Positions 18,025-27,062 of a stretch of 64,000 nucleotides of DNA are shown here, in pieces (positions within the stretch are counted from its first letter, which is position 1; every line of letters begins with the position of its first letter). This stretch comes from Capsulimonadaceae bacterium. Lineage in GTDB: Bacteria; Armatimonadota; Armatimonadia; Armatimonadales; Capsulimonadaceae. The position numbers and the translations under genes are program-made. A model generated the notes under the pieces. That model had not been told where the DNA came from. It saw only the letters and a list, made by a program, of their open reading frames with translations, and ran no database searches. The DNA lies in contig OZ244065.1 of assembly GCA_965215505.1 (NCBI GenBank), positions 3,072,001 to 3,136,000 on the forward strand. The letters are read 5' to 3'.

Positions 18025-20655
18025 ATGACCAACCCAGACATGTCCCAATACCTGGACGTTTTTCTCGACGAGGGCCGCGAACAGCTCGTCCTCCTGGAGT
18101 CAAACATCTTGGAGATGGAGCGCGGCAACCACACCCCGGAGATGCTGCAAACCCTGTTCCGGGCGGCCCACACGCTCAAAGGCTCCAGCCGCGCGATGGG
18201 CTTCCTCGCCATCGGCGACCTGACGCACGAGATGGAGAACATCCTGGATGCCCTGCGCCTGGACCAGCTCCAGGTCAGCACCCCCATCGTCAATGCCCTG
18301 CTGGACTGCCTGGACGCCCTGGGTGCGCTCGTAGACGCGGTCGGCCAGTCCGGGACCGACACCGGCGTCCCCGACAAGGACATCCCCGCTCTCGTCGCCC
18401 GGCTCGACGCCCTGCGGACCGCCCCGAGCGCGGCGGACTTGCCGGACGCCAGCGCGCCGCTTGCCGCGCCCTCTTCTCCCGATGCGCCCTCTTCCGGCAC
18501 CTTTCCCCTGGCCGCGCACGAACAGGAGGCCGTGGACGCCGCCCGTGACGCCGGGCTGGGCCTCTATCAGATATACGTCACGCTTTCGCCGGACTGCCTG
18601 ATGAAGTCGGTCCGCGCCTGGATGGTCCTGTCCGCCCTGGAACCGCTCGGCACCGTCCTGGCCGCAGACCCCGCCGAGGATGCCCTGGAAGAAGAGCAGT
18701 TCGACCGATCCTTTCAACTGCTGTGTGCCAGCAGCGCCGCAGGCGACACGCTCCAGGCCGCCCTGAGCGGGGTGTCCGAAGTGGAGTCCGCCGCCGTGCA
18801 GCTGTGGCAGGCCGAGGGTGCCGCGTCCTCCTCCCTGTTATCCTCCTCCCTGTTATCCTCCCCGCCGGCAGCGTTCACTTCCGGGCCGTTCCCCGTCGCC
18901 GAACACGAGCAGGCGAGTCTGAACGCCGCCCGTGACGCCGGGCTGGGCCTCTATCAGATATTCGTCACGCTTTCGCCAGACTGCCTGATGAAGTCGGTCC
19001 GCGCCTGGATGGTCCTGTCCGCCCTGGAGCCGATCGGCACCGTCCTGGCCGCAGACCCCGCCGAGGATGCCCTGGAAGAAGAGCAGTTCGAGTCGTCGTT
19101 CCGGCTGCTCATGGCCGCCGAAACCCCTGCCGACCAGATCGAGGCGGCCCTGAACGGGATTTCGGAGCTGGAGTCCGTGGCGGTGCAGCCCTGGGAAACC
19201 GCGGCCAAGCAGGGCGCGAAAGCAGCCGCCGTGGGAGCCGCTGAGGCCCCCATCGCCGCAGCGCCCGCCCCCGCCCCAGTCGCTGCGGCCAAGGCGGCGG
19301 CGGACAAACCCCCGGACAAAGCCCCGGCGGCGGAGAAGGCCCCGGTCGCGCACTCGCAGACGATCCGCGTCGAGGTGTCCCGGCTGGACAGCCTGCTGAA
19401 CCTCGTCGGCGAGATGGTCATCGAGCGCGCCCAGGTCCAGCGCATGGGGGCGGAGCTGCACCGGCGCTACCCGCGCGACGAGGAGGCCGCCCAGCTCGGC
19501 GAGACCAGCCACCGGATCGCCCGCGTCACGGCGGAGCTTCAGGACCAGATCATGAAGGCGCGGATGCTGCCCATCGACGGCGTCTTCCAGCGCCTACCCC
19601 GCATGGTGCGCGACCTCGCCCAGAAGACCGGCAAGGAAGTCACCTTCGAGATGAGCGGCGGCGAGACCGAACTCGACCGGACGGTGCTTGAGGTCCTGAG
19701 CGACCCTTTGATCCACCTGCTGCGGAACTCGGTGGACCACGGCATCGAACCGCCCGACGGGCGGGCATCGGCGGGCAAACCTGCGGCGGGGCTGGTGACA
19801 CTCGCTGCACGGCACCAGGAGAACCACATCGTCATCGAGATCACCGACGATGGGCGCGGCATGGACCCGGCACGGCTCAAGGAGTCCGCCGTCCGCAAGG
19901 GCCTCCTGACCGAGACGGCGGCGGCGGCGATGAGCGACCTGGACGCCCTGGGCCTGATCTTCGCCTCCGGCTTCTCCACCGCCGCCACCCTGTCCGACAT
20001 CTCCGGCCGGGGCGTCGGCATGGACATCGTCCGCTCCAACCTGGAAAAAGTCGGCGGGCGCATCCTCATCGACAGCAAGCTGGGGTCCGGGAGCCGGTTC
20101 ACCATCCACCTGCCCCTGACCCTCGCCATCGTCCGCGCCGTGCTGGTCCAGTCCGGCGGCGGCACCTATGTCCTGCCCATGGGCAGCGTGGTCGAGATGC
20201 TGCGCCTGGGCACGAACACGGGCACGACCGAGCGGCGGACCCTAGGCGGGCAGGCGGTCATCAGCCTGCGCGGGCGCACCATCCCCCTCGTCAACCTGTC
20301 CGACCTCCTCGGCGGCGACCCCGACGCCTCCCGCCCCGAAAACATCCCCGACGACTCCTATGTCGTCGTGGCCGGCGCGGGCAGCCGCTCGATCGGACTG
20401 TGCGTGGACGCCCTGGTCGGCGAGCAGGAGGTCGTCATCAAGTCGCTCGGCACACTCCTGGGCGACATCCCCGGCCTCTCTGGGGCCACCATCCTCGGCG
20501 ACGGCCGCGTCGCCCTCATCGTGGACATCGCGCGGGCAGTCGCCCAGACGAGCGTGCCGGCGGCGGGCGGCCCGCACGCGAACGCGGCCCACGCGACGAC
20601 TGGCCGAGCGGAGACAAGCCGAGGGGAGACGGAGCGCCAACTTGCCCATGCCTGA
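18025..20655 (+). CDS. cheA: Chemotaxis histidine kinase CheA with duplicated P2 domain
   Basis: FRAAHTLKG (Hpt), HLLRNSVDHGIE, ISGRGVGMD, C-terminal CheW-like domain; internal repeat 18536-18704 / 18923-19091. Confidence 0.96.
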   Translation: MTNPDMSQYLDVFLDEGREQLVLLESNILEMERGNHTPEMLQTLFRAAHTLKGSSRAMGFLAIGDLTHEMENILDALRLDQLQVSTPIVNALLDCLDALGALVDAVGQSGTDTGVPDKDIPALVARLDALRTAPSAADLPDASAPLAAPSSPDAPSSGTFPLAAHEQEAVDAARDAGLGLYQIYVTLSPDCLMKSVRAWMVLSALEPLGTVLAADPAEDALEEEQFDRSFQLLCASSAAGDTLQAALSGVSEVESAAVQLWQAEGAASSSLLSSSLLSSPPAAFTSGPFPVAEHEQASLNAARDAGLGLYQIFVTLSPDCLMKSVRAWMVLSALEPIGTVLAADPAEDALEEEQFESSFRLLMAAETPADQIEAALNGISELESVAVQPWETAAKQGAKAAAVGAAEAPIAAAPAPAPVAAAKAAADKPPDKAPAAEKAPVAHSQTIRVEVSRLDSLLNLVGEMVIERAQVQRMGAELHRRYPRDEEAAQLGETSHRIARVTAELQDQIMKARMLPIDGVFQRLPRMVRDLAQKTGKEVTFEMSGGETELDRTVLEVLSDPLIHLLRNSVDHGIEPPDGRASAGKPAAGLVTLAARHQENHIVIEITDDGRGMDPARLKESAVRKGLLTETAAAAMSDLDALGLIFASGFSTAATLSDISGRGVGMDIVRSNLEKVGGRILIDSKLGSGSRFTIHLPLTLAIVRAVLVQSGGGTYVLPMGSVVEMLRLGTNTGTTERRTLGGQAVISLRGRTIPLVNLSDLLGGDPDASRPENIPDDSYVVVAGAGSRSIGLCVDALVGEQEVVIKSLGTLLGDIPGLSGATILGDGRVALIVDIARAVAQTSVPAAGGPHANAAHATTGRAETSRGETERQLAHA

Positions 20656-21529
20656 CGCATTCTCGTCCCCCACCGGCCACGGCGCGGGCGGCCACGGCGC
20701 GGGCGGCCTCAATGCGGGCGGCCACGGCGCGGGCGGCTTCAGCGAGGCAAACTTCGTCCTCTTCCAGCAGCGGATGCAGGCCAAGACCGGCATCCGGCTG
20801 TCCGAGTACAAGGCGGACCAGATGTGCCGCCGCATCGGCACGCTGGCCCAGAGGAGCGGCTGCGCCTCGTTCGAGGCCTATGCCTCCCTGGTGGAGTGCG
20901 ACGCCGCCCGGATGGACGAGTTCCGCGACCGCATGACGATCAACGTCACCGAGGTTCTCCGCAACCCGGACCGCTTCGCCGAGCTGACCGAGGCCGTCCT
21001 GCCCGACCTGTTGGCCCGCCGCTCTGCGGCCCCCCTCTCGGTCTGGAGCGCGGGCTGCTCCTACGGTGCCGAGGCCTACACGCTGGCGATGCTGCTGCAC
21101 GAGGTCTCGCCCGCTCCCGCCCACCGCATCCTGGGGACCGACGTTGACCCGGTCATCCTGGCGCGGGCCGCCCACCCTTGCTTCAGCGACGCCGACGTCC
21201 TCAACCTCTCGCCCGCCCGGCTGGCCGCCCACTTCGGCCACTCGGCGGACGGCTACCGGCCCAAGCCCCACCTGCAAGGCCGGGTCCGCTTCGGCCCCCA
21301 CGACCTGCTGACGTCCCCCTACCCGAACGCCGAGCATGACCTGATCGTCTGCCGCAACGTCCTCATCTACTTCACCGACGACGCCAAGGACCGCATCGCG
21401 CGCGGCTTCCTCCGCGCCCTGCGCCCCGGCGGCGTCCTGTTCGTCGGCGGCACCGAGCGCCTCTCCGACCACCGCGCGCTGGGCTTCGAGCTGCTCCGCC
21501 CCTTCTTCTACCGCAAGCCGCCGGCGTAG
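20648..21529 (+). CDS. cheR: Chemotaxis methyltransferase CheR
   Basis: WSAGCSYGAEAYT, CRNVLIYF; ATG at 20648 overlaps the cheA stop. Confidence 0.94.
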   Translation: MPDAFSSPTGHGAGGHGAGGLNAGGHGAGGFSEANFVLFQQRMQAKTGIRLSEYKADQMCRRIGTLAQRSGCASFEAYASLVECDAARMDEFRDRMTINVTEVLRNPDRFAELTEAVLPDLLARRSAAPLSVWSAGCSYGAEAYTLAMLLHEVSPAPAHRILGTDVDPVILARAAHPCFSDADVLNLSPARLAAHFGHSADGYRPKPHLQGRVRFGPHDLLTSPYPNAEHDLIVCRNVLIYFTDDAKDRIARGFLRALRPGGVLFVGGTERLSDHRALGFELLRPFFYRKPPA

Positions 21530-21540
21530 AGAAGTGACAC

Positions 21541-21580
21541 AAAAGCGCCCCGCCGGATGTCCCGGCGGGGCGCTTTTCTT
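21541..21580. terminator. Bidirectional intrinsic terminator
   Basis: aaaagcgccccgccgg-atgtc-ccggcggggcgctttt. Confidence 0.88.
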
Positions 21581-21583
21581 GTG

Positions 21584-21742
21584 TTAGATGCGCTTGGCGT
21601 TCTCCGCATCGAAGTCAAAATCAAGTTGCTTCGGCTTGGGTTCCTCCGAATACGGCGGCAGGTGGAACAGCGCGATGCCTAGTGACACGATCGCGCCGAT
21701 CGCGGCAATTCCGATGGTGACGATTGCGGCGGCAAGAGCCAT
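21584..21742 (-). CDS. Small single-pass membrane protein (52 aa, absent from the ORF track)
   Basis: MALAAAIVTIGIAAIGAIVSLGIALFHLPPYSEEPKPKQLDFDFDAENAKRI*; GAAAGGAAG upstream; ends at the terminator. Confidence 0.6.
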   Translation of the reverse strand: MALAAAIVTIGIAAIGAIVSLGIALFHLPPYSEEPKPKQLDFDFDAENAKRI

Positions 21743-21760
21743 AATAAGACACTTCCTTTC

Positions 21761-22231
21761 TCAGCCTTTGTTCTCGCCGCCTGCTGTTTTCAGGTCCTCA
21801 GACAACAGCAGTGAGGAGGCACAGATCACGACGGCGATCCCGAAAAAGATCACGGACACGTTTGCGGTCAGCGCCGCATCATACTTCTCATGTGCGTCCA
21901 GTGCGGCCGAAACCGTCCCAAACCAAACGATGCAAAGTACGAAGACGAGGAAGCAGAAGAAGCCGATCCATATCTTCCCCAGCGCCTGCTCCTTGCCGCT
22001 GGCAATCAGGTCGCCAGAGGAAGCGGCGACGAGAGTTGCGGTGACCAGGAACAGGTCAGCCCTCCCGAAGAGCGTCACCAGAGTCACATGCGGCCCCACG
22101 ACCGCGCCTTTGATGAACGGGAACGCGAACGGCACCAGGCCGATCACGACCCCGTACAGCAGCCAGCGGGACAGCTTCTCGACCCGCGCCTTGAACTCGT
22201 CCCCCGCCCAGGCTTTTGATCTCGCCCTCAT
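21761..22231 (-). CDS. Hypothetical membrane protein (about 4 TM)
   Basis: GGAGGT ribosome-binding site, hydrophobic segments, TATAAT near 22305. Confidence 0.7.
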   Translation of the reverse strand: MRARSKAWAGDEFKARVEKLSRWLLYGVVIGLVPFAFPFIKGAVVGPHVTLVTLFGRADLFLVTATLVAASSGDLIASGKEQALGKIWIGFFCFLVFVLCIVWFGTVSAALDAHEKYDAALTANVSVIFFGIAVVICASSLLLSEDLKTAGGENKG

Positions 22232-22388
22232 GCCGTCTCACCTCCCTATGATTTCGTCGCGCATCCCTGCGAGGCGGCTTGAGTCGTCCGTCTGGTGTCA
22301 TTATACACGGGCTGGCTGGGGATTTGTTGCGGGCTGTGAACCTCCCGGTGTTCGCGACTTCGTTCCGGCCAGTATCCCATACTAGCGA

Positions 22389-22417
22389 TTGACATTACTA
22401 ACGCGCTGTGGTAGTGT
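22389..22417 (+). promoter_or_regulatory. sigma70 promoter of higBA (leaderless geometry)
   Basis: TTGACA-N17-TAGTGT, ATG 6 nt downstream. Confidence 0.75.
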
Positions 22418-22423
22418 GGTGAC

Positions 22424-22749
22424 ATGATACTCAGCTTCGGCGACGACGAAACATGCCGGATATTCCTCGGCACGGCCTCGCGAAAGCGGCCCACCGACAT
22501 CCAGCGCGTGGCCCGTCGGAAGCTCATTTATCTGGATAGTGCCCGCGACCTACGCGACTTGCTCAGTCCTCCCGGCAATCAACTGGAAGCACTCAAAGGG
22601 GACCGCCGGGGTCAGCACAGCATCCGTGTCAATGACCAATGGCGCATCTGCTTTACATGGAACGTCCCGTTAGGGACGAGTCCGAACAGGAGGCTGATGC
22701 CGGGGACGTCGGCGGGGCCTACGGGGTAGAGATCGTAGATTATCATTGA
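22424..22749 (+). pseudogene. higB: HigB-type toxin (plasmid maintenance killer family) disrupted by a 44-bp insertion
   Basis: PPGNQLEALKGDRRGQHSIRVNDQWRICFTW; the family C-terminus VEIVDYH* is present at 22726-22749 but out of frame. Confidence 0.85.
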
Positions 22750-22799
22750 ACACGACATTCACGGCGAACGTGGCATTCACGACGGAGAGGACAAACATC

Positions 22800-23114
22800 A
22801 TGCAGCAGCTTCGGCAAGAGGCAACTGAGATAGACCTGGGAAGCATCCACCCCGGCGAGGTGCTGCGGGAAGACTTCCTGGTCCCGATGAACCTGACGGC
22901 CTACCGGCTGTCAAAGAGCATCGGCGTCCCGCAGACGCGCATCGCGGGCATCCTGAAGGGGGAGCGGGGCATCACGGCGGACACCGCCCACCGATTGGCA
23001 CGTTTCTTTGGGACATCGGCGCAGCTCTGGCTGAACCTCCAAAACCACTACGATCTGGAGAAAGCCGCCGCGCAGAACCGAGCGGAATACGAGCGCATCC
23101 CGGCCCATGCGTAG
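22800..23114 (+). CDS. higA: HigA-family antitoxin
   Basis: IHPGEVLREDFL, ITADTAHRLARFFGTSAQLWLNLQ. Confidence 0.93.
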   Translation: MQQLRQEATEIDLGSIHPGEVLREDFLVPMNLTAYRLSKSIGVPQTRIAGILKGERGITADTAHRLARFFGTSAQLWLNLQNHYDLEKAAAQNRAEYERIPAHA

Positions 23115-23155
23115 GTGCGCCGGGGAACCGCCACGGATTGCGGTATAATCCTCGC

Positions 23156-23419
23156 ATGACCATGACCATTGATCTGCCGCCCGAAGTGGCGGACGCCCTC
23201 ACGCACAAGGCGGCTCAGGAGGGGCGGGACGTGACCGGGTATGTCCGGCAACTCGCCGGGCGCGACTCGGGCGGACACCCGGCAAGGGAGGCCGAGCCGG
23301 CTTTACGCACACCCGGCCTACACGCCGGGCGGTACTGGATCGCCGACGACTTCGACGCGCCCCTGCCTGACGACTTCTGGCTGGGTGAAGAGAGTCGGAC
23401 GGGGACGGATAGCGCATGA
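23156..23419 (+). CDS. Putative antitoxin (DUF2281-like C-terminus)
   Basis: RTPGL...WIADDFDAPLPDDFW; directly upstream of a PIN gene. Confidence 0.75.
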   Translation: MTMTIDLPPEVADALTHKAAQEGRDVTGYVRQLAGRDSGGHPAREAEPALRTPGLHAGRYWIADDFDAPLPDDFWLGEESRTGTDSA

Positions 23420-23810
23420 ACCGGCGGCTGCTGGATACGCACACCTTCCTCTGGTGGGACAGCGCGCCGCGCCGCGTCTGCTCTCTGCGACCGTCCTGGC
23501 GCTGTGCCGCGACCCCTCCGTGGTCCTGTACCTCAGCCTGGTCAGCCTGTGGGAGATCCAGATCAAGAGCGGCCTGGGCAAATTGCCGCTGTCCCTGCCG
23601 CTGGCAGAGATCATCCGGGACCAGCAAGCGCGGCATGGCCTTCAACTTCTGCCGATCACGCCCACGCACGTTTACGCGCTGGATGCGCTACCCCTCCACC
23701 ATAAGGACTCTTTCGACCGCCTGTTGATCGCCCAGGCGCTCACCGAGGGGATGAGCCTCGCCAGCGCGGATGGCATCTTCTCTTCCTACCCTGCCTCCGT
23801 GATCTGGTGA
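23416..23810 (+). pseudogene. vapC: VapC/PIN toxin, frameshifted near 23475
   Basis: LLDTHTFLWW in one frame; SLWEIQIKSGLGKL...HHKDSFDRLLIAQA in another. Confidence 0.82.
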
Positions 23811-23823
23811 TCAAAGCAGCATC

Positions 23824-23858
23824 AAAAACGCCCCGCCGGAACCTCCGGCGGGGCTTTC
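23824..23858. terminator. Bidirectional terminator
   Basis: aaaaacgccccgccgga-acc-tccggcggggcttt. Confidence 0.8.
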
Positions 23859-23863
23859 GCTTG

Positions 23864-25945
23864 TTACGCCGCCCCCAGCTCCCCCAGCAGGAACGCATAG
23901 TCGAAGGCCGTCTCACGCAGGGCGTCGTAGCGGCCAGAGGAGCCGCCGTGGCCCGCGCCCATGTTGGTCTTCAGCAGCAAGGCCGCGTCGCCGGTCCCCA
24001 TGGCGCGCAGCTTGGCGACGTATTTTGCCGCCTCCCAGTACATGACCTGGCTGTCGTTCAGCGAGGTCTTGACCAGCAAGGCCGGGTAAGCCTTCGCTTC
24101 CAGGTTGGTGTAGGGGCAGTACGTCCTCATGTACTCGTAGTCTTCTTTGACGTTCGGGTTGCCCCATTCCAAATACTCGCCGATGGTCAGCGGCAGCGTG
24201 TCGTCTAGCATCGTGTTCAGCACGTCCACGAACGGCACCTGAGACAGAACCGCGCGGAAGAGGTCCGGGCGCAAGTTGATGACGGCCCCCATCAAGAGGC
24301 CGCCCGCGCTGCCGCCCTGGATGGCGAGCCGGTCCGGGGACGTGTAGCCCTCGGCGATCAGGTGCTCCGCGCAGGCGATGAAGTCGGTGAAGGTGTTGCG
24401 CTTTTGCTTCAGCTTGCCCGCCTCGCGCCAGTCCTCGCCCAATTCGCCGCCCCCGCGGATGTGGGCGATGGCGACCGAGACGCCCCGGTCCAGCAGGCTG
24501 ACGCGGGCCGACGAGAAGGACACGGGGTAGGAGATGCCGTAGGAGCCGTAGCCTTGGAGCAGCAGCGGGGCCGACCCGTCGCCCGGCGTGCCCTTCTTTG
24601 ACACCAGCGAGATCGGGATCAGGGTGCCGTCGGAGGCTGGCGCGTGCAGGCGGACGGAGATGTACTCGGCGGGGTCGTAGCCGCCCAAGACGGGCGTCCG
24701 CTTGAGCAGCGTCGCGGCCTGCGTGTCCATGTCGTAGTCGTAAACGGAAGCGGGCGTGACCAGCGACTGGTACTGGTAGCGGACCGTCTGGGTGTCGAAC
24801 TCCGGGTTCATGTCCAGGCGGACCGAGTAGGCCGGCTCGGGGAACGAAACCAGGTGGGCGTCGCCGCCCGCCCCGTCGCCCCCGAGTTTGATGACCCGGA
24901 GTTGTTCCAGACCGCCTTCGCGCTCCGAGATGACGGCGTGGGCCTTGAAGAAGGTCATGCCCTCGCGCGTGATTGCGGGGTCGTGCGGCAGGAACTCCGT
25001 CCACTCGGAGGGGGCGTTCACGGGGGCGGAAACGATGCGGAAATTCTTCGCGTCCCCGACCGCCTTGTCCTTGTCGGTGCGGACGTAGAGGCGGTCACCC
25101 CAGTGGCTCAGATAGTAGCGGTGGTCCGTCTCGCGCGGTCGGAACAGGCTCCATTCGTCGTCAGGCCGCTCGCTCGGTAGGTAGCGCACTTCGGTCGTCT
25201 TGGACGACGCCGAGGTCAGGAACAGGAACGCGCGGGACAGAGATCGCTGGGCGTAGATGCTGAACAATGCGTCCGTCTCTTCGTAGACCAGGGCGTCTTC
25301 GGGCCGGCCCAGGGTGTGCCGGTAGAGCCGATAAGACCGCTTGGCGTCGTCTTCCACGGTATAAAACAGCGTCTTGTTGTCGCCGGCCCAGACCACCGAA
25401 ACCACCTTCTCGATGCGGTCGGGCAGCAGCTCGCCCGTCCGCAGGTCTTTGACCTGCAAGGTGTACTGCCGGAACCCGGTGACGTCGGTCGAATAGGCCA
25501 GCAGGTGGCCGTCATCGCTGACCCCATACGCGCCCAGGCCGAGGTAGGAGTGGCCTTCGGCCAGGGCGTTCAGGTCCAGAGTCACCTGCTCCTCCCCTTC
25601 CAGGCTGCCCGGCTTCCGGCACTGGAGCGGGTACTGCTTGCCCTCCTCGGTGCGGCTGTAGTAGAAAAAGCCGCCGTACCGATAAGGCACGCTCAGGTCG
25701 GTTTCCTGGATGCGCCCCTTCATCTCCTGATACAAAGCCTCCTGCAAGGCCGCGCTCGGGGCGGTGAGCGAGTCGGTGTAGGCGTTCTCGGCTTCCAAAT
25801 AAGCCAGCACGTCCGGGCTGCTCTTCTCGCGCAGCCAGGCATAATCGTCCACCCGCACGTCCCCGTGGAGGGTGTCGGTCTTGGGGACCGTCTTCGCGAT
25901 AGGCGGCGTCAGGGCGGTCATGGATTCAGGCATCAGTTCGGTCAT
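23864..25945 (-). CDS. ptrB: Oligopeptidase B (S9A)
   Basis: DDYAWLR, GGSAGG, VPFVDV, EWGNP, AGHGG. Confidence 0.93.
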   Translation of the reverse strand: MTELMPESMTALTPPIAKTVPKTDTLHGDVRVDDYAWLREKSSPDVLAYLEAENAYTDSLTAPSAALQEALYQEMKGRIQETDLSVPYRYGGFFYYSRTEEGKQYPLQCRKPGSLEGEEQVTLDLNALAEGHSYLGLGAYGVSDDGHLLAYSTDVTGFRQYTLQVKDLRTGELLPDRIEKVVSVVWAGDNKTLFYTVEDDAKRSYRLYRHTLGRPEDALVYEETDALFSIYAQRSLSRAFLFLTSASSKTTEVRYLPSERPDDEWSLFRPRETDHRYYLSHWGDRLYVRTDKDKAVGDAKNFRIVSAPVNAPSEWTEFLPHDPAITREGMTFFKAHAVISEREGGLEQLRVIKLGGDGAGGDAHLVSFPEPAYSVRLDMNPEFDTQTVRYQYQSLVTPASVYDYDMDTQAATLLKRTPVLGGYDPAEYISVRLHAPASDGTLIPISLVSKKGTPGDGSAPLLLQGYGSYGISYPVSFSSARVSLLDRGVSVAIAHIRGGGELGEDWREAGKLKQKRNTFTDFIACAEHLIAEGYTSPDRLAIQGGSAGGLLMGAVINLRPDLFRAVLSQVPFVDVLNTMLDDTLPLTIGEYLEWGNPNVKEDYEYMRTYCPYTNLEAKAYPALLVKTSLNDSQVMYWEAAKYVAKLRAMGTGDAALLLKTNMGAGHGGSSGRYDALRETAFDYAFLLGELGAA

Positions 25946-27062
25946 CGGTGCTGCTCTTTCTGTCGTCGGTGTTGAGGGGCGTCGGGGCACGGGGCTGAAC
26001 CCCCGTGCTTCGGTAAAGCAAATCCCCGCCTTCGCGGGCATCGGGGTTCTCCACATCTTCGCCCGCGCAGGCGGGGGCTTGCAAGGCTAAAGCACGGGGG
26101 TTCAGCCCCGTGGAATCAGAACCCCGTAACGCTGCACTCTCCAGATAGGCGATCAAGGCGTCGGCGTATCCCGTCATGCCCCGGTATCCCAGCATCGAGG
26201 GCGACAGGCTGCGGACGTGGGCCAACAGCCGCCCGGCGTCTTCCGGGTCGGCGGCGATTCCGGAGATCGGCGCGAGATAGGTGTGGACCGTGAACAGGAC
26301 GCCGCCCGCGCGCGGCAAACGGCTGAGGGTCTGCCGCTCCGTCCGCAGGAAGCAGCGGTCGCCCGCATTGTCCGGCGTGACGCCCTCCCGCTCCCGCGCC
26401 CACTCCTGCGCGAGAACGGGGGCGAGGTTCAGCCGCCCCGTCGCCGGGAAGGTCCAGTTCCAGCGCCCGACGGGGCGGCCCGCCTTCAGGCGGCGCAGGA
26501 GCAGGTCGGAGGCTCCCCCCGCCCGCTCTTTGAACCCCGGTACGTGGGCGTGTACCTCTAGGAACGGCTTGCCGATCTTGTCCGCAAGGCACCACCCGGA
26601 CCCGAAGCAGAGCATCCCCGCCGCGCAGACGGCCTCGCCGCCCGCCCCCGCCGCCATCAGGATCAGGTCTTCCTGGAACTGACGCCCGAGCCAGTCAAGC
26701 GGGGACCTGGGAAGAGTGTCCCGGACGCCGGGCCGGAACCGGGTCGTCTCGCCGCGCAAATCGTTTTCCCAGGTCCACCACTCCCCCACCCGCTCCAGGC
26801 GAAAGAACTCGGGCCAGTCCCGCGCGGCCCCGTCAAGCAGCAGTTCCAGAGCCTCCCAGGCCAGGCCCTCGGCGTCAGACGTGTACTGGAAGTAGTAAGC
26901 AGGGTCTGCGGCGAGGATCCCTTCCTTGAGCGCCAACTGTTTCCCGAACCGGTCCGGCTCCACGTCCAGCAGCGGCGCGGTCCAGGCCGAGGCGTCCATG
27001 CGGAGCGCGTGCGCGGCGGGCGGCAGTGGCGGCGAGCAGGGTTCGCAGGGCGGGCGGGGCAT
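25926..27062 (-). CDS. DUF3445 / heme-dependent oxidative N-demethylase alpha-subunit-like protein
   Basis: QEDLILM, CFGSGW..KIG, HAHVPG, RWNW, RTERQTLSRLP; ATG at 27062; the C-terminus runs through a repeat. Confidence 0.82.
   Translation of the reverse strand: MPRPPCEPCSPPLPPAAHALRMDASAWTAPLLDVEPDRFGKQLALKEGILAADPAYYFQYTSDAEGLAWEALELLLDGAARDWPEFFRLERVGEWWTWENDLRGETTRFRPGVRDTLPRSPLDWLGRQFQEDLILMAAGAGGEAVCAAGMLCFGSGWCLADKIGKPFLEVHAHVPGFKERAGGASDLLLRRLKAGRPVGRWNWTFPATGRLNLAPVLAQEWAREREGVTPDNAGDRCFLRTERQTLSRLPRAGGVLFTVHTYLAPISGIAADPEDAGRLLAHVRSLSPSMLGYRGMTGYADALIAYLESAALRGSDSTGLNPRALALQAPACAGEDVENPDAREGGDLLYRSTGVQPRAPTPLNTDDRKSSTDDRTDA
25988..26112. repeat. Nested palindromic element family II, copy B
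   Basis: Same arms as 17798-17957, with an uninterrupted CCCGCCTTCGCGGG inner hairpin. Confidence 0.85.

Noticed and set aside
18536-19091. CheA internal repeat as a diversity-generating retroelement TR/VR pair
   Set aside because: Both copies are in frame within one protein and there is no reverse transcriptase in the window
22664-22710. Hammerhead ribozyme in the higB insert (CTGATG, GTCCC-GTTA-GGGAC-GA)
   Set aside because: The CUGAUGA and GAAA core elements are incomplete and in the wrong order
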